Positions 39,304 to 47,364 of a DNA stretch of 64,000 bases are shown here, in pieces (within the stretch, counting starts at the first letter, position 1; each line of letters opens with the position of its first letter). A program made the translations under genes and the position numbers. The stretch covers positions 243,663 to 307,662 of the forward strand of contig LCBT01000001.1 in assembly GCA_000997385.1 (NCBI GenBank), read 5' to 3'. The notes beneath the pieces are model-generated. The model was not told the DNA's origin and did no database searches. It saw nothing but the letters and a program-made list of their open reading frames with translations. This DNA is from Candidatus Daviesbacteria bacterium GW2011_GWA1_41_61. Lineage in GTDB: Bacteria > Patescibacteriota > Microgenomatia > Daviesbacterales > UBA10151.

Positions 39304-40341
39304 CTAATTAACTACCTCTATCACTCCACTGTACATGCCCATAGAACAGGAAAAGACAATCTTCCCCTCTTTTTGAGGAGTAAACTCCACTGATTTCTTC
39401 TCTCCTGGTAAAACATTTTTTCTAATTCCTAAAGAAGGAATGGTAAAACCAGCAGCACAACTGTAACCTTCATTGTTAATAACATCAAGTTTAACAGGAA
39501 TCCCTGCTTTGACCCTGAAAGAATTAGGGTTATAACCATTTCTTAAAACCTCAGTTGCTATCTCCTGTTTACCGTTAACCAATCTGGCTGCTACCCCACC
39601 CTCATCCTCTTCCCCTCCTAAATTTATCTGAATAGGAACAGCGTCGGCAATAGTTTGAGCAGTGATGAAAGACCCGGCTAAAACCAAAGATCCATTCACT
39701 GAGTTTAGGCCCAGATAAACGAGCAATATTGCAGCCAGTTTTAAAAATTTAGCCCTGAAGGTATCCCCCAAGGCAGTGGTAGCATATCCCAAAAGGAAAA
39801 AGAGGGGAGTGGTACCTAGAGTAAAGACTCCCATGATAGCTGCTCCAGATAAAGGGTTACCGGAGGAGATAGCTAAAGCCTCCATAGCCAAGGTAGTGCC
39901 GCAGGGTATAAAGACAGTCATCGCTCCCAAAAAAGCCGGCGCAAACAGCTCTTTGCTTTTAGACTGGTTTTTAATCCTCTTAAACAAAAATCTGGGAGGT
40001 CGGATAATAACATAACGGAAAATGGGGTGAACATTTAAAAGATTTAAAGCTACTGCTAACATGTAGATTCCCACAACAAACTGCATTAGAACCTGTACTT
40101 TATCGGAAATCTGTAAAGCCTCCCCAAAGACTCCTAAAGCCAAACCTACCAAAATATAAGCAAAAAGCTTGGTGGTTAAAAAAGCGGCTACCGGCCAGGC
40201 AGTATGTTTTTTCTGGCTTCCTTCTTTAATATCCTCACCTTCCCTGGCAGTAATCGTCGAAGCCAAAAGACCGCCCTGAACTGCCATACAGGAGATACCG
40301 CCTACAGTTAAACCAGTTAAAAAAATAACCCACAGATCCAT
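39304..40341 (-). CDS. Membrane protein (TauE/SafE-like or CcdA-like multi-TM) fused to a C-terminal cupredoxin-like domain
   Basis: About 8 TM helices. The C-terminal domain …YSCAAGFTIP…FSCSMGMYSGVIEV is homologous to the stand-alone 42611-42973 protein. Confidence 0.6.
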   Translation of the reverse strand: MDLWVIFLTGLTVGGISCMAVQGGLLASTITAREGEDIKEGSQKKHTAWPVAAFLTTKLFAYILVGLALGVFGEALQISDKVQVLMQFVVGIYMLAVALNLLNVHPIFRYVIIRPPRFLFKRIKNQSKSKELFAPAFLGAMTVFIPCGTTLAMEALAISSGNPLSGAAIMGVFTLGTTPLFFLLGYATTALGDTFRAKFLKLAAILLVYLGLNSVNGSLVLAGSFITAQTIADAVPIQINLGGEEDEGGVAARLVNGKQEIATEVLRNGYNPNSFRVKAGIPVKLDVINNEGYSCAAGFTIPSLGIRKNVLPGEKKSVEFTPQKEGKIVFSCSMGMYSGVIEVVN

Positions 40342-40380
40342 AGCACAGTAAATTGTAACATGAAGGGGAAATCCTACAAA

Positions 40381-42609
40381 TTAAATCTTTACCCTCTTGA
40401 GCAGTAAGGAATTAGAAACTACTGAAACTGAGCTTAAAGCCATAGCTGCTGAGGCAAAGATGGGGGAGAGCAGCAGACCAAAGAAAGGATATAAAACCCC
40501 CATGGCTACCGGAATTAAGACAACATTATAACCAAAAGCCCACACTAAATTCAGCTTGATTGTCCTCATGGTCTTCTTAGAAAGAGTTATTGCTGCTGCG
40601 ACAGACCTTAAATCCTTATTAATTAAAGTAATATCTGCTGCTTCAATGGCCACATCTGTCCCTGTACCCATAGCTATCCCCACATCGGCTGCAGCTAAAG
40701 CTGGGGCATCGTTGATCCCGTCCCCCACCATCGCTACCATCTTACCTTCATTTTGTAACTTTCTGACCTCTGCCTCTTTTTGATCAGGCAAAACTTCTGC
40801 CAAAATCCTGTCTATTCCCAATTGTCCACCAATAGCCTTAGCCGTTCTTTGGTTATCTCCGGTAATCATTACCACTTCTATCTTCATTTTTCTTAAAGCC
40901 TCTATTCCCTCTTTGGCGCTCTCCTTTAAAGTATCCATCACCGCGATTAAACCCACTAACTTTCCATCCACAGCGAGGATCATCACTGTCTTCCCTTCTT
41001 CCTCTAGACTCACCAGACCAGGTCTGGCGTGCGTAATATCAATTTTTTCTCTTTCCATCAGTCTCTGGTTTCCTAAAACCACTCTTTTTTTATCAATAAA
41101 TCCTTCCACTCCATGTCCAGGAATAGCTTTAAACTTATCTACCTTTTCTAATTTCACTTTTTCCTCATCAGCCTTGCTTACAATGGCCTCAGCCAAAGAA
41201 TGTTCAGATCCCTTCTCCAAAGACGCCGCTATTTGTAAGATATTCTCCCCCCTTCCCCCTTCCCCCTTCACGCTTACCACGTCAGTAACCACCGGCTTCC
41301 CTACCGTCAGTGTCCCTGTTTTATCAAAGACCACCACTTTTACTTTGTGGGCTGTTTCTAAGCTCTCGGCATCCTTGATTAAAATCCCATGTTCTGCTCC
41401 CTTACCGGTTCCCACCATAATGGCAGTAGGGGTAGCCAGCCCCATGGCACAGGGACAGGCAATAATGAGTACTGCTACAGCATTAAGCAGGGCAAACAAA
41501 AAAGCCGGAACAGGCCCAAAGTCAAACCAAATGACAAAGGTTAAAATAGCTAATATAATAACAATGGGTACAAAGTAAGCTGAGATTAAATCTGCCAGTC
41601 TTTGGATAGGGGCTTTGCTTCCCTGGGCTTCCTGGACTAATTTAATAATTTGAGCCAGCATAGTTTCTGATCCGACCTTGGTAGCTTTATAAGTAAAGGT
41701 TCCGGTTTTATTAATAGTGCTGCCGATCACCGTATCCCCGGAAGTTTTATCCCCCGGAATACTCTCTCCTGTAACCATAGATTCATCAACAGAAGAATCC
41801 CCTTCTAAAATCTCCCCGTCAACGGGAATCTTTTCTCCGGGTCTCACCCTGATCATATCGCCGATCACCACCTGATCAATAGGTAAATCTATCTCCTTAC
41901 CATCCCTTACCACTCTGGCAGTTTTGGCCTGCAGTCCGATCAATTTTTTAATCGCCTCAGAAGTTCCGGCTTTTGCCCTAGCTTCAAAGTAGCGCCCCAA
42001 TAAAATTAGACCGATAACTAAGGCCGAAACATCAAAATAAGGCATGGGGGCAATTCCCACACTTTCAACTATCTGGGGAAAAACAGTGACCAAAACCGAA
42101 TAACCATAGGCTGCCGTAGTGCCTATGGCAATCAAAGTGTCCATATTGGCAGTGCGGTGGCGAAAAGCCGGGATAGTGGCTTTATAAAAAGGCAGACCTG
42201 CCCAAAATTGTACCGGAGTAGCCAAAATCAACTGGACCCAAATATTTTTCAAAAACCCCGGAGCCAGGTTTTCTAACCCGGGGAAACTTCCTAAAATAAT
42301 CAAAGCAGCTAAAGAAAGGCTAAAGACAACTCTTCTTTTTAAATCCGCTAAGTTCTTTTTCTTTTCAGCTTCTTCGGCATCTTCGGAAACTGCCTGCTCT
42401 TTTACATAAGCCTGATAACCGACATTTGCCACAGAGGAAAAGAGTTTTTCATCACTGACTGTTTTGGGGTCAAAAGTCACGGTAGCCGTCTCAGTAGCCA
42501 AATTCACATTAGCCTCACTTACTCCGGGGGTATTTTTTAAGGCATTCTCAATGACCCTCACACAAGAGGCACAATGCATCCCTTTAATTTGAAAAATCTT
42601 TTTTTCCAT
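40381..42609 (-). CDS. copA: Copper-translocating P1B-type ATPase
   Basis: N-terminal HMA GMHCASC, CPC in TM6, DKTGTLT phosphorylation site, and [10 protein letters not shown]. Confidence 0.95.
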   Translation of the reverse strand: MEKKIFQIKGMHCASCVRVIENALKNTPGVSEANVNLATETATVTFDPKTVSDEKLFSSVANVGYQAYVKEQAVSEDAEEAEKKKNLADLKRRVVFSLSLAALIILGSFPGLENLAPGFLKNIWVQLILATPVQFWAGLPFYKATIPAFRHRTANMDTLIAIGTTAAYGYSVLVTVFPQIVESVGIAPMPYFDVSALVIGLILLGRYFEARAKAGTSEAIKKLIGLQAKTARVVRDGKEIDLPIDQVVIGDMIRVRPGEKIPVDGEILEGDSSVDESMVTGESIPGDKTSGDTVIGSTINKTGTFTYKATKVGSETMLAQIIKLVQEAQGSKAPIQRLADLISAYFVPIVIILAILTFVIWFDFGPVPAFLFALLNAVAVLIIACPCAMGLATPTAIMVGTGKGAEHGILIKDAESLETAHKVKVVVFDKTGTLTVGKPVVTDVVSVKGEGGRGENILQIAASLEKGSEHSLAEAIVSKADEEKVKLEKVDKFKAIPGHGVEGFIDKKRVVLGNQRLMEREKIDITHARPGLVSLEEEGKTVMILAVDGKLVGLIAVMDTLKESAKEGIEALRKMKIEVVMITGDNQRTAKAIGGQLGIDRILAEVLPDQKEAEVRKLQNEGKMVAMVGDGINDAPALAAADVGIAMGTGTDVAIEAADITLINKDLRSVAAAITLSKKTMRTIKLNLVWAFGYNVVLIPVAMGVLYPFFGLLLSPIFASAAMALSSVSVVSNSLLLKRVKI

Positions 42610-42610
42610 G

Positions 42611-42973
42611 TCACCTAACCACTATCTTTCCGTGATACATTCCCATGCCACAGGAATAGGGAAACTCCCCTCTTCTTTGAGGAGTTACCTCCACAGTTAC
42701 CTTTTGATTCAAAGGCAGCTCTTTTCTGATTTTAAAATCCCCTAAAACTACCTCTGACAAACAATCAGTTGGATCAGTCCTGAAAAAATTTATTTTGGTA
42801 GTTTTACCCTGAGGAATAGAGATTACCTCCGGTGAATAACCGCCGTTTACCGTAATATCTACAGAATCAGACACTGCCACCTCCCTACCCCGTTTCATCA
42901 AAAAAAACCAATAGGTTAGTACTATGGCTAAAGCCCCAAAGGCTGTAACTATAACTTTGTCTAAATTTTCCAT
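42611..42973 (-). CDS. Cupredoxin-like domain protein (membrane-anchored)
   Basis: TM helix plus …[16 protein letters not shown]. 1-nt gap to copA. Confidence 0.65.
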   Translation of the reverse strand: MENLDKVIVTAFGALAIVLTYWFFLMKRGREVAVSDSVDITVNGGYSPEVISIPQGKTTKINFFRTDPTDCLSEVVLGDFKIRKELPLNQKVTVEVTPQRRGEFPYSCGMGMYHGKIVVR

Positions 42974-42979
42974 TTGTCC

Positions 42980-43132
42980 TTACTTTTTCTGGATCTGCTT
43001 CCAGAGCCAAATTCCTAAAAGAATCAGGTCAATCAACAAAACCAACCAAAAAATTAAGCCTAACCCGAATAAGGCTCCTCCTCCACCCCAGCCCATCATC
43101 CCTCCGTTACCATATCCCCATGGCCCCATCAT
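42980..43132 (-). CDS. Unannotated 50-aa Gly-rich small membrane protein
   Basis: Perfect SD (AGGAGGTG) 7 nt upstream of ATG. Sequence MMGPWGYGNGGMMGWGGGGALFGLGLIFWLVLLIDLILLGIWLWKQIQKK. Resembles the Gly-rich-plus-TM N-terminal module of SHOCT/PLDc_N-type small proteins. Confidence 0.6.
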   Translation of the reverse strand: MMGPWGYGNGGMMGWGGGGALFGLGLIFWLVLLIDLILLGIWLWKQIQKK

Positions 43133-43156
43133 ATCTCTCACCTCCTATACTAAATC

Positions 43157-43990
43157 TTACACCTTTTTGGACAACCAATAAATAAACCCGATCACACCTA
43201 AAGCAAAAACTACATTTAAAGTAAGATTACCTCCCACATAACCGTTAACGAAACTGCCGGTGTTTTGAATCATCTTGGTAAAACCTTCTACACTGCTCAT
43301 CTTCAGTCTGCCGCTTAAAGTCAGCGCTAAAATAAGCCAACCGGTGACAAAAAAGATGAAAGAAGCGATCAAGTTACTGGTCAAGATGTGAAACTGTTTA
43401 CCTAAAATATTTATGGTAGCTAAATTTTTCCGCAGTAATGCCACTGCCGGCATTTTCCCTGCTAAAAAGATGGAGATTAAAAGTAAGGGGGTAACCATCC
43501 CCAAAACATACATTGACCCAATAGTTAAAGCTCCAAAGTAGTTAGGTGACAAAAATGTCAGAGTTAAAATCCCAATTAACACCGGGGCACAGCAAGCACT
43601 GGTTATCCCGGAGACAACTCCTAAAGTAAAGATTGATAAAACATCAGTTTTCTGAGGGTTAGTGCCGGGAAGCTTGGGCATAGGCAGTTTAATTCCTAAA
43701 AGGGTTACAACTGCCGCAGACAGCATTACCAAAGCTCCAACTATATAAATGGGGTCATGATATTTAAATAAAGCCTGAGACAAAGCGGAGATACCTAAAA
43801 CTGCCGGCAGTAAAACAATAAAAATCCCCGCCCCAAAGACTAAGGTCATCAAAAGCACCTTTTCTTTTTCTTTAAAAACATTAGCCAAATACGCCGGGAG
43901 TAAAAAAGTGATGCAGCAGGGAGCAAACAGGGCCACCATACCGGCCACAAAAGCCGCTATGAGTGATGTTTGAAATAAAATAGGTTCCAT
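43157..43990 (-). CDS. CcdA/DsbD-like cytochrome c biogenesis-type thiol-disulfide transporter
   Basis: Polytopic protein with paired Cys motifs FAPCC and SACCAP in TM helices. Confidence 0.65.
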   Translation of the reverse strand: MEPILFQTSLIAAFVAGMVALFAPCCITFLLPAYLANVFKEKEKVLLMTLVFGAGIFIVLLPAVLGISALSQALFKYHDPIYIVGALVMLSAAVVTLLGIKLPMPKLPGTNPQKTDVLSIFTLGVVSGITSACCAPVLIGILTLTFLSPNYFGALTIGSMYVLGMVTPLLLISIFLAGKMPAVALLRKNLATINILGKQFHILTSNLIASFIFFVTGWLILALTLSGRLKMSSVEGFTKMIQNTGSFVNGYVGGNLTLNVVFALGVIGFIYWLSKKV

Positions 43991-44938
43991 TTATGCGCCA
44001 CAGCCGCCTCCTTGGCTTTGTATACCGGGTACTCCTTGAACTGCTTGTTTAATTCTTTGTGCTCCCTGGGCTGAGGCATAATCAACTGACAGCGCAAGTT
44101 TTGGATCCACCTCTTTCCATTTAGTGCCTTGTTTTGCAAAATAGACTGCCATCTCCACGTAATTTTGGGGAAACCAGAAAGAGTTAAAAGCCAAAAGATC
44201 TTTATAAATTTGCCCCTCAGACAAACCATTGTACACTGCCCACTCGATATAACCTAAAGCAGCCATGCCGTGGTTGCAATCGGGAAAAGCCGTACTGTTA
44301 CCACAGCAGGATCTAAAAACTCCTTCGGCAATCTTTTTTACCAAATCCTGTTGCTGGGCAGTTAAGAGAATGATCTCTTGGGAGGAATAAAGCTCCATCG
44401 CTCCTTTACTGCCTAAAGTCCACCCGCCGGTGGAGGCAAAATTGCCCGCCTCAGCCCTGCCTCTTTGCATCATCGGGCCTTCATCTAAAACCTTGCTTTT
44501 TTGCACTAACCCCAAAGCCCACAAGGTATTGACCATAAAGCGGGAGTTGCTTTCATTGATCGCCATATAATCATCTGACTCCCCTTCCAGGTGTTTCATC
44601 TCCTCCTTCCCGTTTCCTTCAGAAGTGAAAATAGCCTCATATTTTTGTTTATCAATGGCCCCAGCTTCCACCAGCTGTTTACCTAAACTTTTCCACTTTA
44701 GAGGCGTGATATACCCTTTCGCCGACAAGACTTCCTGTTTTAAAATGTTTACTAACTCTTCCGGACTTTTGGTGGTTTGAGCCAGCTTGGATAAATTTTT
44801 ATTAAACTCCTTTTTCATCAGGTAATATTCACCCAAAGCAAAAGCCATGGAAGAATTTAAGGTAATTAACACCACCATCCAAAGCGGTGTGGATTTGGTC
44901 AAGAATTTAGTCAATTTACTTTTCTTTTTTCCCATCAT
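43991..44938 (-). CDS. Hypothetical membrane-anchored protein (Cys-rich region CCGNSTAFPDCNHG)
   Basis: N-terminal TM helix. No recognised family. Overlaps the CcdA-like gene stop by 1 nt. Confidence 0.5.
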   Translation of the reverse strand: MMGKKKSKLTKFLTKSTPLWMVVLITLNSSMAFALGEYYLMKKEFNKNLSKLAQTTKSPEELVNILKQEVLSAKGYITPLKWKSLGKQLVEAGAIDKQKYEAIFTSEGNGKEEMKHLEGESDDYMAINESNSRFMVNTLWALGLVQKSKVLDEGPMMQRGRAEAGNFASTGGWTLGSKGAMELYSSQEIILLTAQQQDLVKKIAEGVFRSCCGNSTAFPDCNHGMAALGYIEWAVYNGLSEGQIYKDLLAFNSFWFPQNYVEMAVYFAKQGTKWKEVDPKLALSVDYASAQGAQRIKQAVQGVPGIQSQGGGCGA

Positions 44939-44946
44939 ATTATTCC

Positions 44947-45444
44947 CTATTCTTTCACCACCGTTCCGGCAACGGAAAAGTCTAAAGTTTTATTATTAGG
45001 GTCGTTAGTCTCTACAGAAACAAAGCGGTTAATTGGCCCTACCCCTTGTGGTCCATGGTAAGCCGGGTCAAAAATTACATCCAGCTGAGCTTCCCTACCC
45101 GGGACCACTTCACCTATCCAAGAAGAAACGGTGCTCATACCAAAGAAAGGACTGCTTTGCCCGTCAATTTTTACCTGGGCCTGGGTACAATGGCAGGAAG
45201 TTCTAATGTTGATCAGTTTTAAAGTATCTGTTCCGGAGTTTTTAATGGTAAAGGTTTTGGTAACATTTCCTTTATACATAGGAATATTTCCCCAATCAAA
45301 GGTTTTTTCAGCTGCTTCCGCTTTAACATTTTGGGATATTTCCACCTGGCCGGCAGTGGATGATTTGGTCAAAAGAAATATTCCTCCCGCTAAAACCAAA
45401 GCAGTTACCACAACAAAACCGATAATAACTTTTTTCTCAGACAT
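44947..45444 (-). CDS. DUF1573-domain protein
   Basis: TM anchor. The segment FDWGNIPMYKGNVTKTFTIKNSGTDTLKLINIRTSCHCT matches the DUF1573 pattern. Confidence 0.6.
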   Translation of the reverse strand: MSEKKVIIGFVVVTALVLAGGIFLLTKSSTAGQVEISQNVKAEAAEKTFDWGNIPMYKGNVTKTFTIKNSGTDTLKLINIRTSCHCTQAQVKIDGQSSPFFGMSTVSSWIGEVVPGREAQLDVIFDPAYHGPQGVGPINRFVSVETNDPNNKTLDFSVAGTVVKE

Positions 45445-45447
45445 AAA

Positions 45448-45750
45448 TCAGTTTCCGTTTTTAAGAACTTTCATAATCTCTTCAATAGAATGATCAACTT
45501 TTCCGGCCTTGATATGATCCACTACACAGGTCTTTAAGTGGTTTTCTAAAGTTAAAGAGTCAACTTCTTTTAAGGCACTTTGAACTGCTTTAGATTGGGT
45601 AATGACATCAATACAATACTCCCCCTCCTCCACCATCTTAATAACCTTTCTAAGATGTCCCTGGGCAATTTTTAACCTGTGAAGTATTCTTTCTTGAGTA
45701 TCTTTAGGTCTAAACACGATAATCCCCCTATAGGGGATATAATAAAACAA
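45448..45750 (-). CDS. CsoR/RcnR-family metal-sensing transcriptional repressor
   Basis: 100 aa. …RLKIAQGHLRKVIKMVEEGEYCIDVITQS…HL… 4-helix-bundle DUF156 pattern with a Cys/His ligand set. Confidence 0.75.
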   Translation of the reverse strand: MFYYIPYRGIIVFRPKDTQERILHRLKIAQGHLRKVIKMVEEGEYCIDVITQSKAVQSALKEVDSLTLENHLKTCVVDHIKAGKVDHSIEEIMKVLKNGN

Positions 45751-45791
45751 AAAAATTCTTCTGTCTAGTAGGGGAAAACATCTTTGGGGTT

Positions 45792-46448
45792 TTAAACACT
45801 GGAAGGTGAATCAACTACTTCAGCCACTTCTTCCATCATATCCTCAAAAACCATCCGGTAATAAACCTTCCGGGTCAGTTCAACATCTTTGAGGCAATAT
45901 TTGCAAATTTCCTTTAATTTTCCCTGTTGATAATAGGGCCAAACCATCGAGCCATCCATTTCATCCTTAGATGTTGGTAATCCTAAAACTTTAGCCAAAG
46001 TATCCAGTTTTTGGGCCCCATTTGACCACAATTCCCAAACTTTCATGGTGTCAAAAATAGGCTGGTTTCTATATCTGGCAAAGGTAATATCTAAACGGGG
46101 TTTGACTCCTAAAATAATTGATCTTTTATATATAAAAGGGAAATCAAATTCCCAGATGTTATGACCCACAAATAACTCCACATCTTGGACAATTTCCCAA
46201 AACTTCTGTAAGATTTCTTTTTCCTCACCACATAAAACGTCTTTAGTAACTTTTCCATTTTCCTTAATATAACCAATACAGCAGATCCGTCCAAAAGTTC
46301 CTTCAAAGGAAGTGCTAAGATACAACGCATCATCAGATACCGGTACAACCTCCTTCTTCCGGCTTTTCTTTTTCAAAATAGGCAAATACTCCTGCCTTTT
46401 ACAGTCATCACAAGGCAGAGTTTCAATATCAAAAAACAGTTTAATCAT
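45792..46448 (-). CDS. Stand-alone PolB-type 3'-5' exonuclease (RNase H-like, DEDDy)
   Basis: Exo I FFDIETLP, Exo II VGHNIWEFDFPF, Exo III YCLKDVELT. Confidence 0.7.
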   Translation of the reverse strand: MIKLFFDIETLPCDDCKRQEYLPILKKKSRKKEVVPVSDDALYLSTSFEGTFGRICCIGYIKENGKVTKDVLCGEEKEILQKFWEIVQDVELFVGHNIWEFDFPFIYKRSIILGVKPRLDITFARYRNQPIFDTMKVWELWSNGAQKLDTLAKVLGLPTSKDEMDGSMVWPYYQQGKLKEICKYCLKDVELTRKVYYRMVFEDMMEEVAEVVDSPSSV

Positions 46449-46543
46449 AGTTTTAATAAGATAGTGTTATCTAGATTAAACCCAATATTCCCCAAAGTCA
46501 AGATAAAAAATATGAGTATAACTCTCAAAAAATTCCTCCAAGA

Positions 46544-47083
46544 CTAATCTTCCGTAAACTCTGGGGGTAGTATTACTCCTGCTCCTTCTTTAGCCACTCT
46601 CTCTATTACCTCTTCCGGAGTTATCCTTATCCTTTGAGAATATGTCACTACCGCCCGGGATATATTTAATGCCTGAGGAGTTCTCTGAAACCTCATTGCC
46701 AGCGGTAAATCTACTAAATCAACACCGCCTTCTATCATAGATTGGGTAGTTGCTAACCATTCACCAATAGATCGTCGAATCTCTGATGCTTTATCGGAAC
46801 GCTCTATAGCTGCAGCAAAACTTCCGGCAATCTTCTCACCATCTTTTTCCACTATCTCTTCAATACATGATATACAGGCAGTTGTTTCATCTTCAAAACC
46901 TAAATGAGGCCTCTGGTGTTTTTGGCAATACATCCCACTTTCAATAGAACAACTTTCGCAAGCTAAAGTATCCAGTCTTCCATCAGACTGTCTTTTAGGA
47001 AGTAAAATTATTAAATCAGGATCACTGCCACATATTTCACAATTCATGCCCCAAATTTTACTACTAAAGCTAGGTAAATACAA
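46544..47083 (-). CDS. Hypothetical zinc-ribbon protein
   Basis: N-terminal CEICGS…CESCS…CISC cysteine pairs. Confidence 0.45.
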   Translation of the reverse strand: MYLPSFSSKIWGMNCEICGSDPDLIILLPKRQSDGRLDTLACESCSIESGMYCQKHQRPHLGFEDETTACISCIEEIVEKDGEKIAGSFAAAIERSDKASEIRRSIGEWLATTQSMIEGGVDLVDLPLAMRFQRTPQALNISRAVVTYSQRIRITPEEVIERVAKEGAGVILPPEFTED

Positions 47084-47121
47084 AAATCCAAAACAGAATC
47101 AAAAAGTTTTCTAGATTGTAA

Positions 47122-47364
47122 TCAAAGTTTTCCTTGAAATGCTTGATGTAAAACTGACTGCTGCAAAGCTTCTAATTCTTGTAATTGTTCTCGCTGAAGT
47201 TTTTTCGCTTCTCCAATTTTTTCTGAACTGTGGCCTGCAGAAGTAATCAGCAAATCTCCAATTTGAACCCTTTTTAAACCTTTTAACGAATCTTGTTTGA
47301 CAAAACCCTTATCACTCTTACCCCAATTAATGCCATTTTTCAAATGCATTTTTTGTTTGTTCAT
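47122..47364 (-). pseudogene. Type I restriction S-subunit (HsdS)-like remnant
   Basis: The C-terminus …KKLQREQLQELEALQQSVLHQAFQGKL matches the conserved HsdS C-terminal helix (L..L..SLL..AF.G.L). The N-terminus VQIGDLLITSAG resembles a TRD start. The ORF is only 80 aa. Confidence 0.4.

Noticed and set aside
40913-41578. 221-aa plus-strand ORF inside copA
   Set aside because: It is antisense to a very well supported P-type ATPase gene and its translation is Ser/Thr/Pro-rich, so it is an antisense artefact.
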